The notes beneath the pieces were generated by a model, which saw only the letters and a program-made list of their open reading frames with translations, ran no database searches and was not told the origin of the DNA. Of a stretch of 64,000 bases of DNA, positions 38,490 to 47,951 are shown piece after piece. Source of the stretch: Fimbriimonadales bacterium (lineage in GTDB: Bacteria > Armatimonadota > Fimbriimonadia > Fimbriimonadales > ATM1). How positions within the stretch are numbered: position 1 is the first letter of the stretch; each line of letters begins with the position of its first letter. The DNA lies in assembly GCA_041744215.1 (NCBI GenBank), contig JBGTLG010000006.1, positions 128,001-192,000 of the forward strand, read 5' to 3'. The position numbers and the translations under genes were made by a program.

Positions 38490-40682
38490 CTACTCTTCGT
38501 CTTCCTCTTTTGTTGACCCGTACTGTTGCGGTTTTTGTCCTGAGGCAGACTGACCTGGGCCCAGCGCGGCTCTGCCGCTTGACGAGTGGTGCCGGCTAAT
38601 CGAAGACTCGTAGCTCCTTCGATAGTTTTGGTACGACGGACAATCGTTCGGGCGGGTCTTGTTGAGAACCATTCCGATTACGTTCACTCCGAGCCTTTCA
38701 AGGCTCTTGTGGAATTCGTACTCGGCTTCGCTCGCGGATGTTCCCGCTTCGTGGATCAGCACGACGTTCTGTACGTTCTCTGCGAGGACTACGGGATCGC
38801 CGAAAGTGCTGCCAGCAGGGCTGTCGAAGACGATGAAGTCCGCGCCCTTGCTGATCTGCTCGACAAACTCATCCATCGCATTGCTGCCGAGGAAGCGCAC
38901 TGGGTTTACGGGCGGTTCGCCAGCGGCGATGAACAGCAATCCTTCAACGCCTGTCGGCTGCACGACGTCTTCGATTCCTGCCGTGCCTCCGAGGATTTCG
39001 GAAAGGCCAGCACGATTCTGCAGACCAAAGTGTTCGTGGAGTGACGGCTTCCGCATATCTGCGTCGATTAGCAGAACGCGTGCGCCATCGCGTGCAAGGC
39101 TGATCGCGAGATTCGCGGCGATGGTGCTCCGGCCGACTCTCGGCTCCGCAGCAGCAACAAGAATTCCTGGCCCCTGGAGTTTCTCCTTGATCGCCATGAT
39201 CTGAGTACTCAGAATCTGATAACTCGCTGCGAGCGGGCTCGGTTGCTCGACGTCCGGATTCAGCCGCTGCTGGCTGCTGCGCGGCAGCGCGGCAATCACA
39301 GGGAAGCCAAGCGCATTCTCAGCGTCGCTCGCCGTGTACGCCGCCTGGTCAATCTGGCCAAGGCTCGCGACGAGGGAGACTGCCACGATTAGCGACAAGA
39401 AGAACGCAATTGAAGTTTTTAGGATGATTGCGGGGTCTACCGGCTGGACATTGGGCGGGTCTAAGAAGTAGACGCCTCGCGTTTCATTTTCCTTTTGGCG
39501 AACCTGCGCCTCGCTCACCTTCTGTGCGAGGTTGTTGACCGAGACCGCTTGAGCCGCGATCGCAGCTTGTGCGCTGCCGAGTTCCTTCTGGACGATGGGC
39601 AGTCGATCAAATCTTTGTTGAAGATTGCTCAGTTCAGCCGTCGCCTGGCGCAGTTCCGCACTTGAAGCTTGTATCGCCTTGTCGCCGAGGTAGATGTCGC
39701 TGAGGCGCTGCACTTCAAGTCCGCTTGCGTCGGACGTGGTGGTGCTCTCGAAGTACACCTGGTCCGAGTCTTCGAGGTGCTTTAGGTGAGCCTTGTCTGC
39801 CTCAAGCTGCTGCCGAATCGTGATGATTCTGGGGTGCTGAGGGCCGTAGGTTTCGAGCGCCGCGCTCAGTGTCGATTCGGTTCCTGCAATACGCCGCCGC
39901 ACCTCGTCGTAAATGGGGTTGAGCGTCCGCTGTCGGCCAGCGATGGGATCCAGGATCGGACTGTCTTCGTAGCGCCGGGCTGTGTCCAGCGTTGCTCTTG
40001 AAGCCGCCATGTTTTTCTGGGCCTCAGAGATGCGTTGCTTCGTCAAGTTCATCTGAGTTACGAGGCCCGAGGTATTGACATCGAATGCGATAGCCTCTGG
40101 GTAACGCTCCATGAACTCTTTCTGCTCTTGCAGTCGCTGGTCGTAGATGCGCTGCTGTTCCGCCAGCTGATCCTTGATGAACTGCAGTTGCTGGTCGGCC
40201 ATTTCTGAGTTGAGGTTTCGGTAACGGGCTAAGAAGTGGTGACGCACGACTTCGACGACGCGCTTGGTCTTTTCTGGGTTATCGCCGACGTAGGCAACTG
40301 CGATGAATTCGGAACCCCTGAGCGGGCGGACGTCGATGGAGCGGAAGAACTTCCGCTCGGCTTCGGGGGAGCCGCCCTCGACGACACGCTCGGAAGTCAG
40401 CTGATCATACGCTGCGCGCAGCACGGAGTACGATGTGATCGTGTTCGCGAGGTTAGTAACACGAATTTCTTGCTCGTTCACCGCTCCGCCCATCGCTTGA
40501 GACAGGTAGATGTCGGTAAGCCCCATGTCGCGGTTCCTTCGATCCGCGAGTGTCATGAAGCCTTCGTACTTCGGCGGCGAGAAAATCGTGTACAGCATCG
40601 TTCCGACCGTGATCGGCACGACGATTAGCGCTAGCAGCCACCATCGCTGCTTTAGTGATCTCAGAAACTTTCCGCGTCCCAC
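38490..40682 (-). CDS. Polysaccharide co-polymerase / tyrosine autokinase (Wzc-like)
   Basis: Two TMs flanking a coiled coil, YGPQHP, C-terminal CapB-like domain (GRST, IDADMRKP, FDSP, GMVLN). Confidence 0.9.
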   Translation of the reverse strand: MGRGKFLRSLKQRWWLLALIVVPITVGTMLYTIFSPPKYEGFMTLADRRNRDMGLTDIYLSQAMGGAVNEQEIRVTNLANTITSYSVLRAAYDQLTSERVVEGGSPEAERKFFRSIDVRPLRGSEFIAVAYVGDNPEKTKRVVEVVRHHFLARYRNLNSEMADQQLQFIKDQLAEQQRIYDQRLQEQKEFMERYPEAIAFDVNTSGLVTQMNLTKQRISEAQKNMAASRATLDTARRYEDSPILDPIAGRQRTLNPIYDEVRRRIAGTESTLSAALETYGPQHPRIITIRQQLEADKAHLKHLEDSDQVYFESTTTSDASGLEVQRLSDIYLGDKAIQASSAELRQATAELSNLQQRFDRLPIVQKELGSAQAAIAAQAVSVNNLAQKVSEAQVRQKENETRGVYFLDPPNVQPVDPAIILKTSIAFFLSLIVAVSLVASLGQIDQAAYTASDAENALGFPVIAALPRSSQQRLNPDVEQPSPLAASYQILSTQIMAIKEKLQGPGILVAAAEPRVGRSTIAANLAISLARDGARVLLIDADMRKPSLHEHFGLQNRAGLSEILGGTAGIEDVVQPTGVEGLLFIAAGEPPVNPVRFLGSNAMDEFVEQISKGADFIVFDSPAGSTFGDPVVLAENVQNVVLIHEAGTSASEAEYEFHKSLERLGVNVIGMVLNKTRPNDCPSYQNYRRSYESSISRHHSSSGRAALGPGQSASGQKPQQYGSTKEEDEE

Positions 40683-40706
40683 AATGAATCTCCAATCGTT
40701 ACCAGG

Positions 40707-41636
40707 TTAAAACCGAGGGAAAAAGCTGAAGTTCCGATTCAGCAGACTTGCCACCGTGAACGCCAAGTTCGCGTAGGCGGAAGCTCGCCCCAAGTCCGGG
40801 TTCTTTGTCGTCGGTACGTAGATCAAGTCGCCAGGGAGCAACTCGACATTCTGGCTGTAGTCGTTTCGGTCTGTGAACCTCACAAAGTCCACGACGAATT
40901 GTCGGTACTCGAACGGTCGCCCTGGCACAGGCCGCTGGATCGACACTTCCGAAAGTTTGCTCCGGTCAGGAATGGGCCCATTAGCCAGGGCAATCGCATC
41001 AGACAGCATCATGCCTTTCGTCCACAGGAATTGGCCAGGTCGCGCCACGTACCCAAGGACGTTCACGCGCTGAGGCTCGATCTCCGGAATGTTGATAATG
41101 TCGCCGTCGCGCAACTCGTAGTTCTGCGACAGGTCACCCTTCTCCAGCATCGATTCGAGATCGAGGGGAATCTGCTCAACAGTCCCTTTCCGCACCAACA
41201 CGGCCTTCTTTAGGTCAGATCTCTGCGGGATCTGACCTCCCGCTTGGGCAATCAGGGACAAAACCCGATCGCCGGGGCGGAAATCATACTGGCCTGGCTT
41301 CTGGACAATGCCAACCACACTGGCTCGGGTTGGACGAAATCGAATGATATTGACCGAGACCTTCGGGTCTTTGAAGTAGTCGGGCTTCAGTCGATTCGTG
41401 ATCAGGTTCTCAACCTCGAGCGGGGTCATCCCCTCGACCTTGATGAACCCAAGGAAGGGGTAGCTGATCGATCCGTCCTGGCTGATGATCGCGTCGACGC
41501 CCATGTCCGGCTCACCGTACACGCGAATGGAAATCACGTCCTCAGGCCCTAATCGATAGGGCAAGGCCGTCGTTTGGGCGAGCGCACTTGCAAACATCCA
41601 TGTGAGCAACCCTAGGAATACCCAGAATCTCGACAT
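40707..41636 (-). CDS. Polysaccharide export protein (Wza/Poly_export with SLBB domains)
   Basis: YRLGPEDVISI.V, DGSISYPFLG, P.VSV, V.G.V.KPG, SLBB repeats; AGGAG SD. Confidence 0.9.
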   Translation of the reverse strand: MSRFWVFLGLLTWMFASALAQTTALPYRLGPEDVISIRVYGEPDMGVDAIISQDGSISYPFLGFIKVEGMTPLEVENLITNRLKPDYFKDPKVSVNIIRFRPTRASVVGIVQKPGQYDFRPGDRVLSLIAQAGGQIPQRSDLKKAVLVRKGTVEQIPLDLESMLEKGDLSQNYELRDGDIINIPEIEPQRVNVLGYVARPGQFLWTKGMMLSDAIALANGPIPDRSKLSEVSIQRPVPGRPFEYRQFVVDFVRFTDRNDYSQNVELLPGDLIYVPTTKNPDLGRASAYANLAFTVASLLNRNFSFFPRF

Positions 41637-41748
41637 CACCACTCTCCTGTGGGGCTGGGCGATTGAACGCCCAAGAGAACACCCTAGGCCCGGTTCCTCA
41701 ACAGAATCTGGCCCGGTTGCTCTCATCCAATCTCGTATTGTAGCAAAT

Positions 41749-42423
41749 TCACGGCGATTTAGCAATGTTTCGACGGACTCCTTCAATTACGACGCTCACT
41801 TCACCTTTCAAGTTCGTGGCCTGGGCGAACACTACGGATAGACGCCCGCGCAGTACCCCTTGGTGCATTTTCGTCATCTCGCGGCAAATCGCCACCCTGC
41901 GGTCACCAAGAACGGCGAGGGCCGATTCCAGCATTTTGGGGGTCCGCTCGGCTGATTCGAAGATCACGAGAGTGTAGGTCGAATCCCGGAATGCCTCGAA
42001 CTCTGCCCTCTGGGCTCCGGTTTTTCTGGGCAAAAACCCCAAGAAGGCAAACCTCTGGGCGAAGAAGCCGCTGAGCGCCAGCGCGTTCGTGACTGCCGAC
42101 GCTCCAGGTATGGCGTCGACCTCGACCCCGGATGCGTACGCCAGATCCACGAGACGGGCGCCTGGATCGCTCACCGCGGGTGTTCCCGCATCTGAAGCGA
42201 AGACCACGACCTTTCCTGAGGCGATCTGGTCAACGATCTTCTCCAGTGCTGCGTCTGGCGCGTGCTCGTCAAGCCGAGCAAGTGGCTTTTTGAGTCCCTT
42301 CAGCGAGAGGAGGCGTCCGGTGACCCGCGTGTCCTCCGCCGCCACGAGGTCGCAACTCGACAGTGCTTCGAGCGCCCGGGGGGACAGGTCTCCCAGGTTG
42401 CCAATTGGGGTCGAAACGACGAT
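41749..42423 (-). CDS. rsmI: 16S rRNA C1402 2'-O-methyltransferase (start codon unresolved)
   Basis: IVVSTPIGNLGDLSPRA, AAEDTR, SDAGTP.VSDPG, IPGASA, F.GFLP, REMTK.H, KGE. Confidence 0.93.
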   Translation of the reverse strand: MVVSTPIGNLGDLSPRALEALSSCDLVAAEDTRVTGRLLSLKGLKKPLARLDEHAPDAALEKIVDQIASGKVVVFASDAGTPAVSDPGARLVDLAYASGVEVDAIPGASAVTNALALSGFFAQRFAFLGFLPRKTGAQRAEFEAFRDSTYTLVIFESAERTPKMLESALAVLGDRRVAICREMTKMHQGVLRGRLSVVFAQATNLKGEVSVVIEGVRRNIAKSP

Positions 42424-44249
42424 TAGCCGCCCGGCGGTGCTGTCTCCGGGGTCTCTTGACCCTCCGTCGGGTTCGCCTGGCGTTCCGCTTCCTCTTGGAG
42501 TCTCTTCTCTTCCTCTTCTAATTTCTTTGCCTCTTCAGCGTTCTGCTTTGCGAGTTCAATCTCCGCCTTAACTTGGTCGATGACCGGTGAATTCGGGGTC
42601 GCAACCTCGATCGCTCGTGGCAGCAGCGCTTCGACCTTCTCCACGTTAGGGAAGGTGGACGGATTGTAAAGGGTCGCATTTGTGGCGATGTCAAGCAGCT
42701 GCTCAAGCGCCTGATCTCCCATTTTCGCTGCCAGCAGTACGTTCAAGTACTGGAATTTGAACTCGGATGACGAGATGAAGCTCGCGACGTCAGCGTATAC
42801 CTGGAGCCTCTCCTCGTTGAGCTGATCTTTGTCGGGCCCCGCAGGTGTCAGCGAATCGATCTGTTCGAAGCAGACGTAGCGCAGGCTGGCGACCAGATCC
42901 GGACTGTTAGCCTCCGCTTCGCGCAGCGCCTCGAAGATCGTTCGGAACTCCATAAGCCGCTTGGTTTGATTCTCTGCCCCGGCAAACTCGGCATGTCTCG
43001 CGCCGGTCGGATTGACGATCTGATCGTACTCGTGCAGCAATCGGAACGCTTCGCTTTCCCACTCGATTTTCGCGGTCTTGCGCGTCTGCTCGATACCATC
43101 GTTGATTCGACCTGCTACGGCCGCCGTTCTTATGTCATTGGCTCGCTTAGCCTTCTGCGCCTCAAAGTCTTCAGGAACCCCCGGCTCGATTTTTACGAGT
43201 TTGTAGACGGCCGCTCCCGTCGGAAGCTCGACGACATCGGACACTCCCCCGGGCTCGAGGTCCAAGACCACTTTGTAGGATCCGGCTGCTTCAATGGCAT
43301 ATCTATCCAAAGTCTGCTCGGCCACTTCGGAGGGCTTCATGTTCGAATCCGACGGGCGCATGTCGGAGTACTCGTCGATCGCCGCCTTGAAGTCCATTCC
43401 TCCTCGGATCTTCTCGAGCGCTTCAGCTGCCCGAGCCTTTGCGTCGCCGGAGGTTCCGGCCTCGAAGTAGATCTGTTGGTAAGTGACCTTGTCGTAACTC
43501 TTCTTTAGCGCCGCATCCGAAGTGTCGACCGCTCGTTCCCACTTTCGCCGGATCTGGTCGGCCGCCATTTCGGCCTGAAGCGACTGGTACTGACCTCGCT
43601 CGTTCATAGCCTGCCGGTAAAGCGCCAAAATCTGCTGCTTCAGTTCGGGAATTTTCTGCCCTGAGACCGTCTCGAAAAACCTCACATCCGACAGCCCTTT
43701 CATCTCATCGATTCGGCGCTGAGCAGCCAGGTACTCCTCCGACGTTTCTCCCTTCTCCTTCTTAAGCTGCTCCAATTGGATGTCTGCCATCCTCACCTGG
43801 ATCTCGCGGTTTTGCGCAGTGTTCGCTACCTGTTCTTCGACCATACGATCGGCAGCTGCGGGCACCCAGTCGTTTATCTCGTCTGGGCCAAGCTCGATGC
43901 CTTCCTTTGCAGCGATGCTAAGCAGGGCCGCTGCGTTGATCGATGTGTCTACTGCCTGTGAGAACGACGAGACGATCTCGGCCGGTCCCACCTCGCCAGT
44001 CGAGTTAGGATCCTGGCGTTTCTCTTCAATGATGCGCATCTGGGTCGCGCGCGCGTTCGAGTCGATGGTGACCTGGTAGATAGAAACGCCGTCCATCTTG
44101 AACGCGACTGGGCCAAAGTCTCCGGTGGCCATCTGTTGACCGCCACTACCACCTACCATGACGAGGCCCAGGATGAGGGCGACACCCAGGACGCCAGCCG
44201 CGATGAGCCCGCAGGCGGCGAATTGATTTCTGATCTTAGTAATCGACAA
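42423..44249 (-). CDS. SurA/PpiD-like membrane-anchored chaperone (parvulin-like domain)
   Basis: N-terminal KIRN plus TM, helical SurA-N-like region, GMDF......YSD and L.PG.VSDVVE rotamase-like segment. Confidence 0.65.
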   Translation of the reverse strand: MSITKIRNQFAACGLIAAGVLGVALILGLVMVGGSGGQQMATGDFGPVAFKMDGVSIYQVTIDSNARATQMRIIEEKRQDPNSTGEVGPAEIVSSFSQAVDTSINAAALLSIAAKEGIELGPDEINDWVPAAADRMVEEQVANTAQNREIQVRMADIQLEQLKKEKGETSEEYLAAQRRIDEMKGLSDVRFFETVSGQKIPELKQQILALYRQAMNERGQYQSLQAEMAADQIRRKWERAVDTSDAALKKSYDKVTYQQIYFEAGTSGDAKARAAEALEKIRGGMDFKAAIDEYSDMRPSDSNMKPSEVAEQTLDRYAIEAAGSYKVVLDLEPGGVSDVVELPTGAAVYKLVKIEPGVPEDFEAQKAKRANDIRTAAVAGRINDGIEQTRKTAKIEWESEAFRLLHEYDQIVNPTGARHAEFAGAENQTKRLMEFRTIFEALREAEANSPDLVASLRYVCFEQIDSLTPAGPDKDQLNEERLQVYADVASFISSSEFKFQYLNVLLAAKMGDQALEQLLDIATNATLYNPSTFPNVEKVEALLPRAIEVATPNSPVIDQVKAEIELAKQNAEEAKKLEEEEKRLQEEAERQANPTEGQETPETAPPGG

Positions 44250-44323
44250 GGCGTGTAACTCCTACGAACGGAACGGGAATTCCAAAATTATGACACGGAG
44301 GGGGCGGCCCTTCCGTCTGGCTA

Positions 44324-44353
44324 TTGACAAGTAGACGTCCGTGCGTATACACT
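44324..44353 (+). promoter_or_regulatory. sigma70-type promoter of lexA
   Basis: TTGACA (44324-44329) followed 16-18 nt later by TATACA/TACACT; AGGAGG SD-like downstream. Confidence 0.6.
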
Positions 44354-44378
44354 TGACACAGGAGGAAGAGGAACTACC

Positions 44379-45008
44379 ATGACGAGAGGACTGACGAAAC
44401 GGCAAGAAGAGGTGCTCGAGTGCATCTGCGACTACGTTGAAGACCATGGCTATCCGCCCTCGATCCGCGAGATCGGTGAGCGATTCAAGATCCAAAGCCT
44501 AAGGGGGGTGACGGTACACCTCGACGCTCTGCAAAGAAAGGGCTTCATCGCGAGGGGGTCAAACCCGCGCTCGATTCAGATCACGCACCCTGCCTACCGG
44601 CCGGGCCCAAGCTCGAGGATGGTGCCGATCGTCGGCACAATCGCCGCTGGCTCGCCGATTACCGCCGAACAAAACGTCGAGTCGGTGGTTCCGGTTCCCG
44701 CTGAGATGGTGAGAAACATCGAAGGCGCGTTCTTGCTCAGGGTCAAAGGCGACTCTATGACCGGCGAGGGGATTATGCCCAGGGACCTCGTCTTGATCAA
44801 GCCGCAGAAGGTTGCAAGAAACTCCGATCTTGTGGCCGTGATGATCGACGACGAGGCGACAGTGAAACGTATTCAGTTCGAAAAGACGCACGTCAAGCTT
44901 CACGCCAGCAACCCGGCGTACGATCCGATCGTGGTGAAGGGCGAAGACGCCCACATCATTGGAAAAGTCGTGGGACTGCTGCGCGACTACGAAGGCTTGT
45001 CGTTCTGA
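44379..45008 (+). CDS. lexA: SOS repressor LexA
   Basis: LTKRQ, GYPPSIREIG, HL.AL..KG, Ala-Gly cleavage site (IAAGSP), GDSM Ser and TVKR Lys. Confidence 0.97.
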   Translation: MTRGLTKRQEEVLECICDYVEDHGYPPSIREIGERFKIQSLRGVTVHLDALQRKGFIARGSNPRSIQITHPAYRPGPSSRMVPIVGTIAAGSPITAEQNVESVVPVPAEMVRNIEGAFLLRVKGDSMTGEGIMPRDLVLIKPQKVARNSDLVAVMIDDEATVKRIQFEKTHVKLHASNPAYDPIVVKGEDAHIIGKVVGLLRDYEGLSF

Positions 45009-45135
45009 GGACCTGGGGGGGTGGCGTTGGCTTTGCGTTTCGCGCCCAGCGTGGTGCCTTTTCCCTGTCTGGGCCGATTTGAGAGCAGCCTGATGCAGGA
45101 TCGCTATCGCCTGCCATCGAACAACAGCCCATTCC

Positions 45136-46119
45136 ATGAAAATCGGACTCTTTCTCGCCTTGTTCGGCGATAAATCGCTCGACGAGGCTCTTGACGCAGC
45201 CGCAGCAGAAGGTCTCGAAGCCGTCGAGATCGGAACAGGCAACTACCCCGGTAACCCCCATCTGGACGTTGACAAACTTCTCGCAGACAAAAAAGCAAGG
45301 ACAGAGTTGCTAAAGCAGATCGAATCGCGCGGACTTACATTAAGTGCGCTGTCTTGCCACGGAAACGCGCTCCACCCGCAATCAAAGATTGCGAAAGCGC
45401 ACCACGATACGTTTGTTAAAACCGTGCAACTCGCCGATGCGCTCGACGTGCGCATCGTCAATGGATTTAGTGGATGCCCCGGAGAGGGCCCGAATTCCAG
45501 ATTTCCAAACTGGGTGACCTGCGCGTGGCCAGACGAGTTTCGCGAAGTACTCGAATGGCAATGGGAAGAGCGTGTTATTCCGTATTGGACGGAGCAAGCC
45601 GCGTACCTATCGAAGCACAAAACCCGTTTTGCTATTGAGATGCACCCGGGTTTTGTTTGCTACACCAACGATACACTGCTGAAGCTTCGCAACGGCGTCG
45701 GAAGGAATGGCGAATGGATCGGTGCGAACTTCGATCCGTCTCATCTGTGGTGGCAAGGTATTGACCCAATCGCGGCTGTTCGTCAACTTGGCGAAGAGCG
45801 CGCGCTATTCCACTGTCACGCAAAGGACGCGCGCATCGACCCATACACCAGCGCCCTTAATGGCAATCTTGATGCAAAGTCTTATGCTCGCATTGCTGAT
45901 CGCTCGTGGGTGTTTCGGTCTGTGGGATATGGTCACAGCGTCGAATGGTGGAAGGACTTCGTATCAACGCTTCGGACAGTCGGATACGATCACGTGCTGT
46001 CAATTGAGCATGAAGACGGACTCATGTCTCCGATGGAGGGCCTGCGAAAAGCCCTTGAAGTGCTTCGGCAAGCCGTTATCTCAGAGCCTGCTGGCGAAAT
46101 GTTCTGGGCGAAAGATTGA
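45136..46119 (+). CDS. Sugar phosphate isomerase/epimerase (AP endonuclease 2 TIM barrel)
   Basis: VEIGTG, LSCHGN, AIEMHPG, NFDPSH, H.HAKD, LSIEHED. Confidence 0.9.
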   Translation: MKIGLFLALFGDKSLDEALDAAAAEGLEAVEIGTGNYPGNPHLDVDKLLADKKARTELLKQIESRGLTLSALSCHGNALHPQSKIAKAHHDTFVKTVQLADALDVRIVNGFSGCPGEGPNSRFPNWVTCAWPDEFREVLEWQWEERVIPYWTEQAAYLSKHKTRFAIEMHPGFVCYTNDTLLKLRNGVGRNGEWIGANFDPSHLWWQGIDPIAAVRQLGEERALFHCHAKDARIDPYTSALNGNLDAKSYARIADRSWVFRSVGYGHSVEWWKDFVSTLRTVGYDHVLSIEHEDGLMSPMEGLRKALEVLRQAVISEPAGEMFWAKD

Positions 46120-46217
46120 CGTCGAGTAACAACCGCGCAGGGTCTTCGGCAGCGAGTCCCGTCGCTTGTATCTACCGCTTCGTCGCTGGGATAGAAAGTC
46201 TTGTGTGCGGTCGAGCC

Positions 46218-46991
46218 TCACGGACCAAACACTTCTGTTAGGAACTGTTTCATTGCCTCCCATGACCTGCGATCTGCTTTAGGATCATATGCGACACCAC
46301 TTGTTCGGTTCGCGCCAGCGCTTGGTTCCGTGAAGCTGTGAACCGCTCCGCCGTACGCAATGAACACGTAGTCGATGCCGCTGCTCCGCATCTCCTGATG
46401 AAAAGCTTCGACATCTTTCGGCGGAACAAGTGGATCGTCCGCGCCATGCAAAACCAGAATCTTCGCTCGGATGTCTTTAGCGTCTTGCGGAGTCGGTGTG
46501 TCGAGTCCCCCGTGGAAACTCACCACACCGCGAACATCCGCGCCGCTCCGAGCAAGTTCCAGCACGGCCGTACCGCCGAAGCAGTATCCGATCGCGGCGA
46601 TCTTTGTCGGATCGACTCGCGGGTGGGACCTAATGAAGGACAGTGCGGCGTTCGCGCGCTGGCGAAACAGCTTTCTGTCGTTCTTGTACTTCGAACTCTC
46701 GTCCATATTCTGTTGAAGAGTTCTTGGTCGGACTCCTTTGCCGTAAACGTCGGCGCAAAATGCGACATAACCCAGCGCTGCGACTTGTTCGGCGCGCTTC
46801 ATTTCGTAGTCGTCAAGCCCATTCCAATCATGGAAAATGATAACGGCTGGAGCTTTCGACTTTGAGTCGTCATAAACGATATATCCTTCCATCGGCACTT
46901 CGCCATCCATGTAGGTGACCGGGTTTTTGACGATATCGGAGTGCCCGCTCGTGGCGGTTAGCAAGAGGATTGTTACAAAGAGGGTGCGCAT
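46218..46991 (-). CDS. Dienelactone hydrolase family protein (signal peptide)
   Basis: GYCFGG nucleophile, FHG, HGADDP, HSF. Confidence 0.92.
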   Translation of the reverse strand: MRTLFVTILLLTATSGHSDIVKNPVTYMDGEVPMEGYIVYDDSKSKAPAVIIFHDWNGLDDYEMKRAEQVAALGYVAFCADVYGKGVRPRTLQQNMDESSKYKNDRKLFRQRANAALSFIRSHPRVDPTKIAAIGYCFGGTAVLELARSGADVRGVVSFHGGLDTPTPQDAKDIRAKILVLHGADDPLVPPKDVEAFHQEMRSSGIDYVFIAYGGAVHSFTEPSAGANRTSGVAYDPKADRRSWEAMKQFLTEVFGP

Positions 46992-47063
46992 AGAGTTAAC
47001 CATACGACGCCTCAGGCCTCAAGATTGTTTTGCTTGATCTGACATCGCGTAAAATCACCCGTC

Positions 47064-47951
47064 GTGCCCTACCCAGTCGACCTAATCGATCGCGTTGCCA
47101 AACGTCACGGACTTCGGGGCACCCCCTCGCCGATGCGAGAGGGCGGAATGGTCAACGATGCCTGGTCGATAGGCGACGATTTCGTCTTGCGGATTGTCCG
47201 AGAAGAGAGTGATAAGGAGTGTGACGATGAGCCGCAGCGCGAAGCGGCCGTTACGGAACTTGCGCTCAAAGCCGGAATCCGAACTCCAAGATTAATCGCA
47301 AGCAACACGGACTGCGATCTCGCGCCGCGTCCCTACACGATTTATCAGAAGGCCCGAGGTGTTCCACTGGGATTCATCGAGCGGGATCCCGCGGAATTCG
47401 ACGATGCCTATCGCGAGGTTGGGAGAGAACTATACAAGCTGCACCAAATCGCTGTTCCGAACGAGCTGATTCCTCTTTTGCGAAAAGCCGAGCGACCAGA
47501 CCCGAATGCAAATGTAGAGAAGGCGCTCGCCGCCAGAAAGTTATCCGTAGACGATGCATCAGAAATGAGTGCCTTCATCCGCGAGTTGGAGGGTTCCTTG
47601 GTCGAAGACGCAAACCCGGTGCTGATCCATCACGACGTTCATCCGTGGAATCTCATCGTCGATGGTGATGCGCTTTCTGCGATCGTCGACTGGGGGGATG
47701 CATCTTTTGGTGATCCGGCGCGCGATTTTGCGGGGATGCCGATGGTCGCTGTCCCCGCGATGCTACAAGGCTATGCAGAGGCAGGAGGCACGATCGACCT
47801 GCACTTCAAGCAGCGATCCGTCCACGTCCGCATGGAGGCGATGCTCTGGGAGCTTCGAGAGTTGGAGGCGGCGACTTACGAGCGAGCTTGGTGGGCATTG
47901 CCCGTCGGCGACTGGCGAGGCATTCTTGCTAATCTGCATCTCGTTCTTTGA
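47064..47951 (+). CDS. Aminoglycoside phosphotransferase (APH)-family kinase
   Basis: G..N, VLRI, HHDVHPWN, IVDWGDA..GDP..D. Confidence 0.85.
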   Translation: MPYPVDLIDRVAKRHGLRGTPSPMREGGMVNDAWSIGDDFVLRIVREESDKECDDEPQREAAVTELALKAGIRTPRLIASNTDCDLAPRPYTIYQKARGVPLGFIERDPAEFDDAYREVGRELYKLHQIAVPNELIPLLRKAERPDPNANVEKALAARKLSVDDASEMSAFIRELEGSLVEDANPVLIHHDVHPWNLIVDGDALSAIVDWGDASFGDPARDFAGMPMVAVPAMLQGYAEAGGTIDLHFKQRSVHVRMEAMLWELRELEAATYERAWWALPVGDWRGILANLHLVL

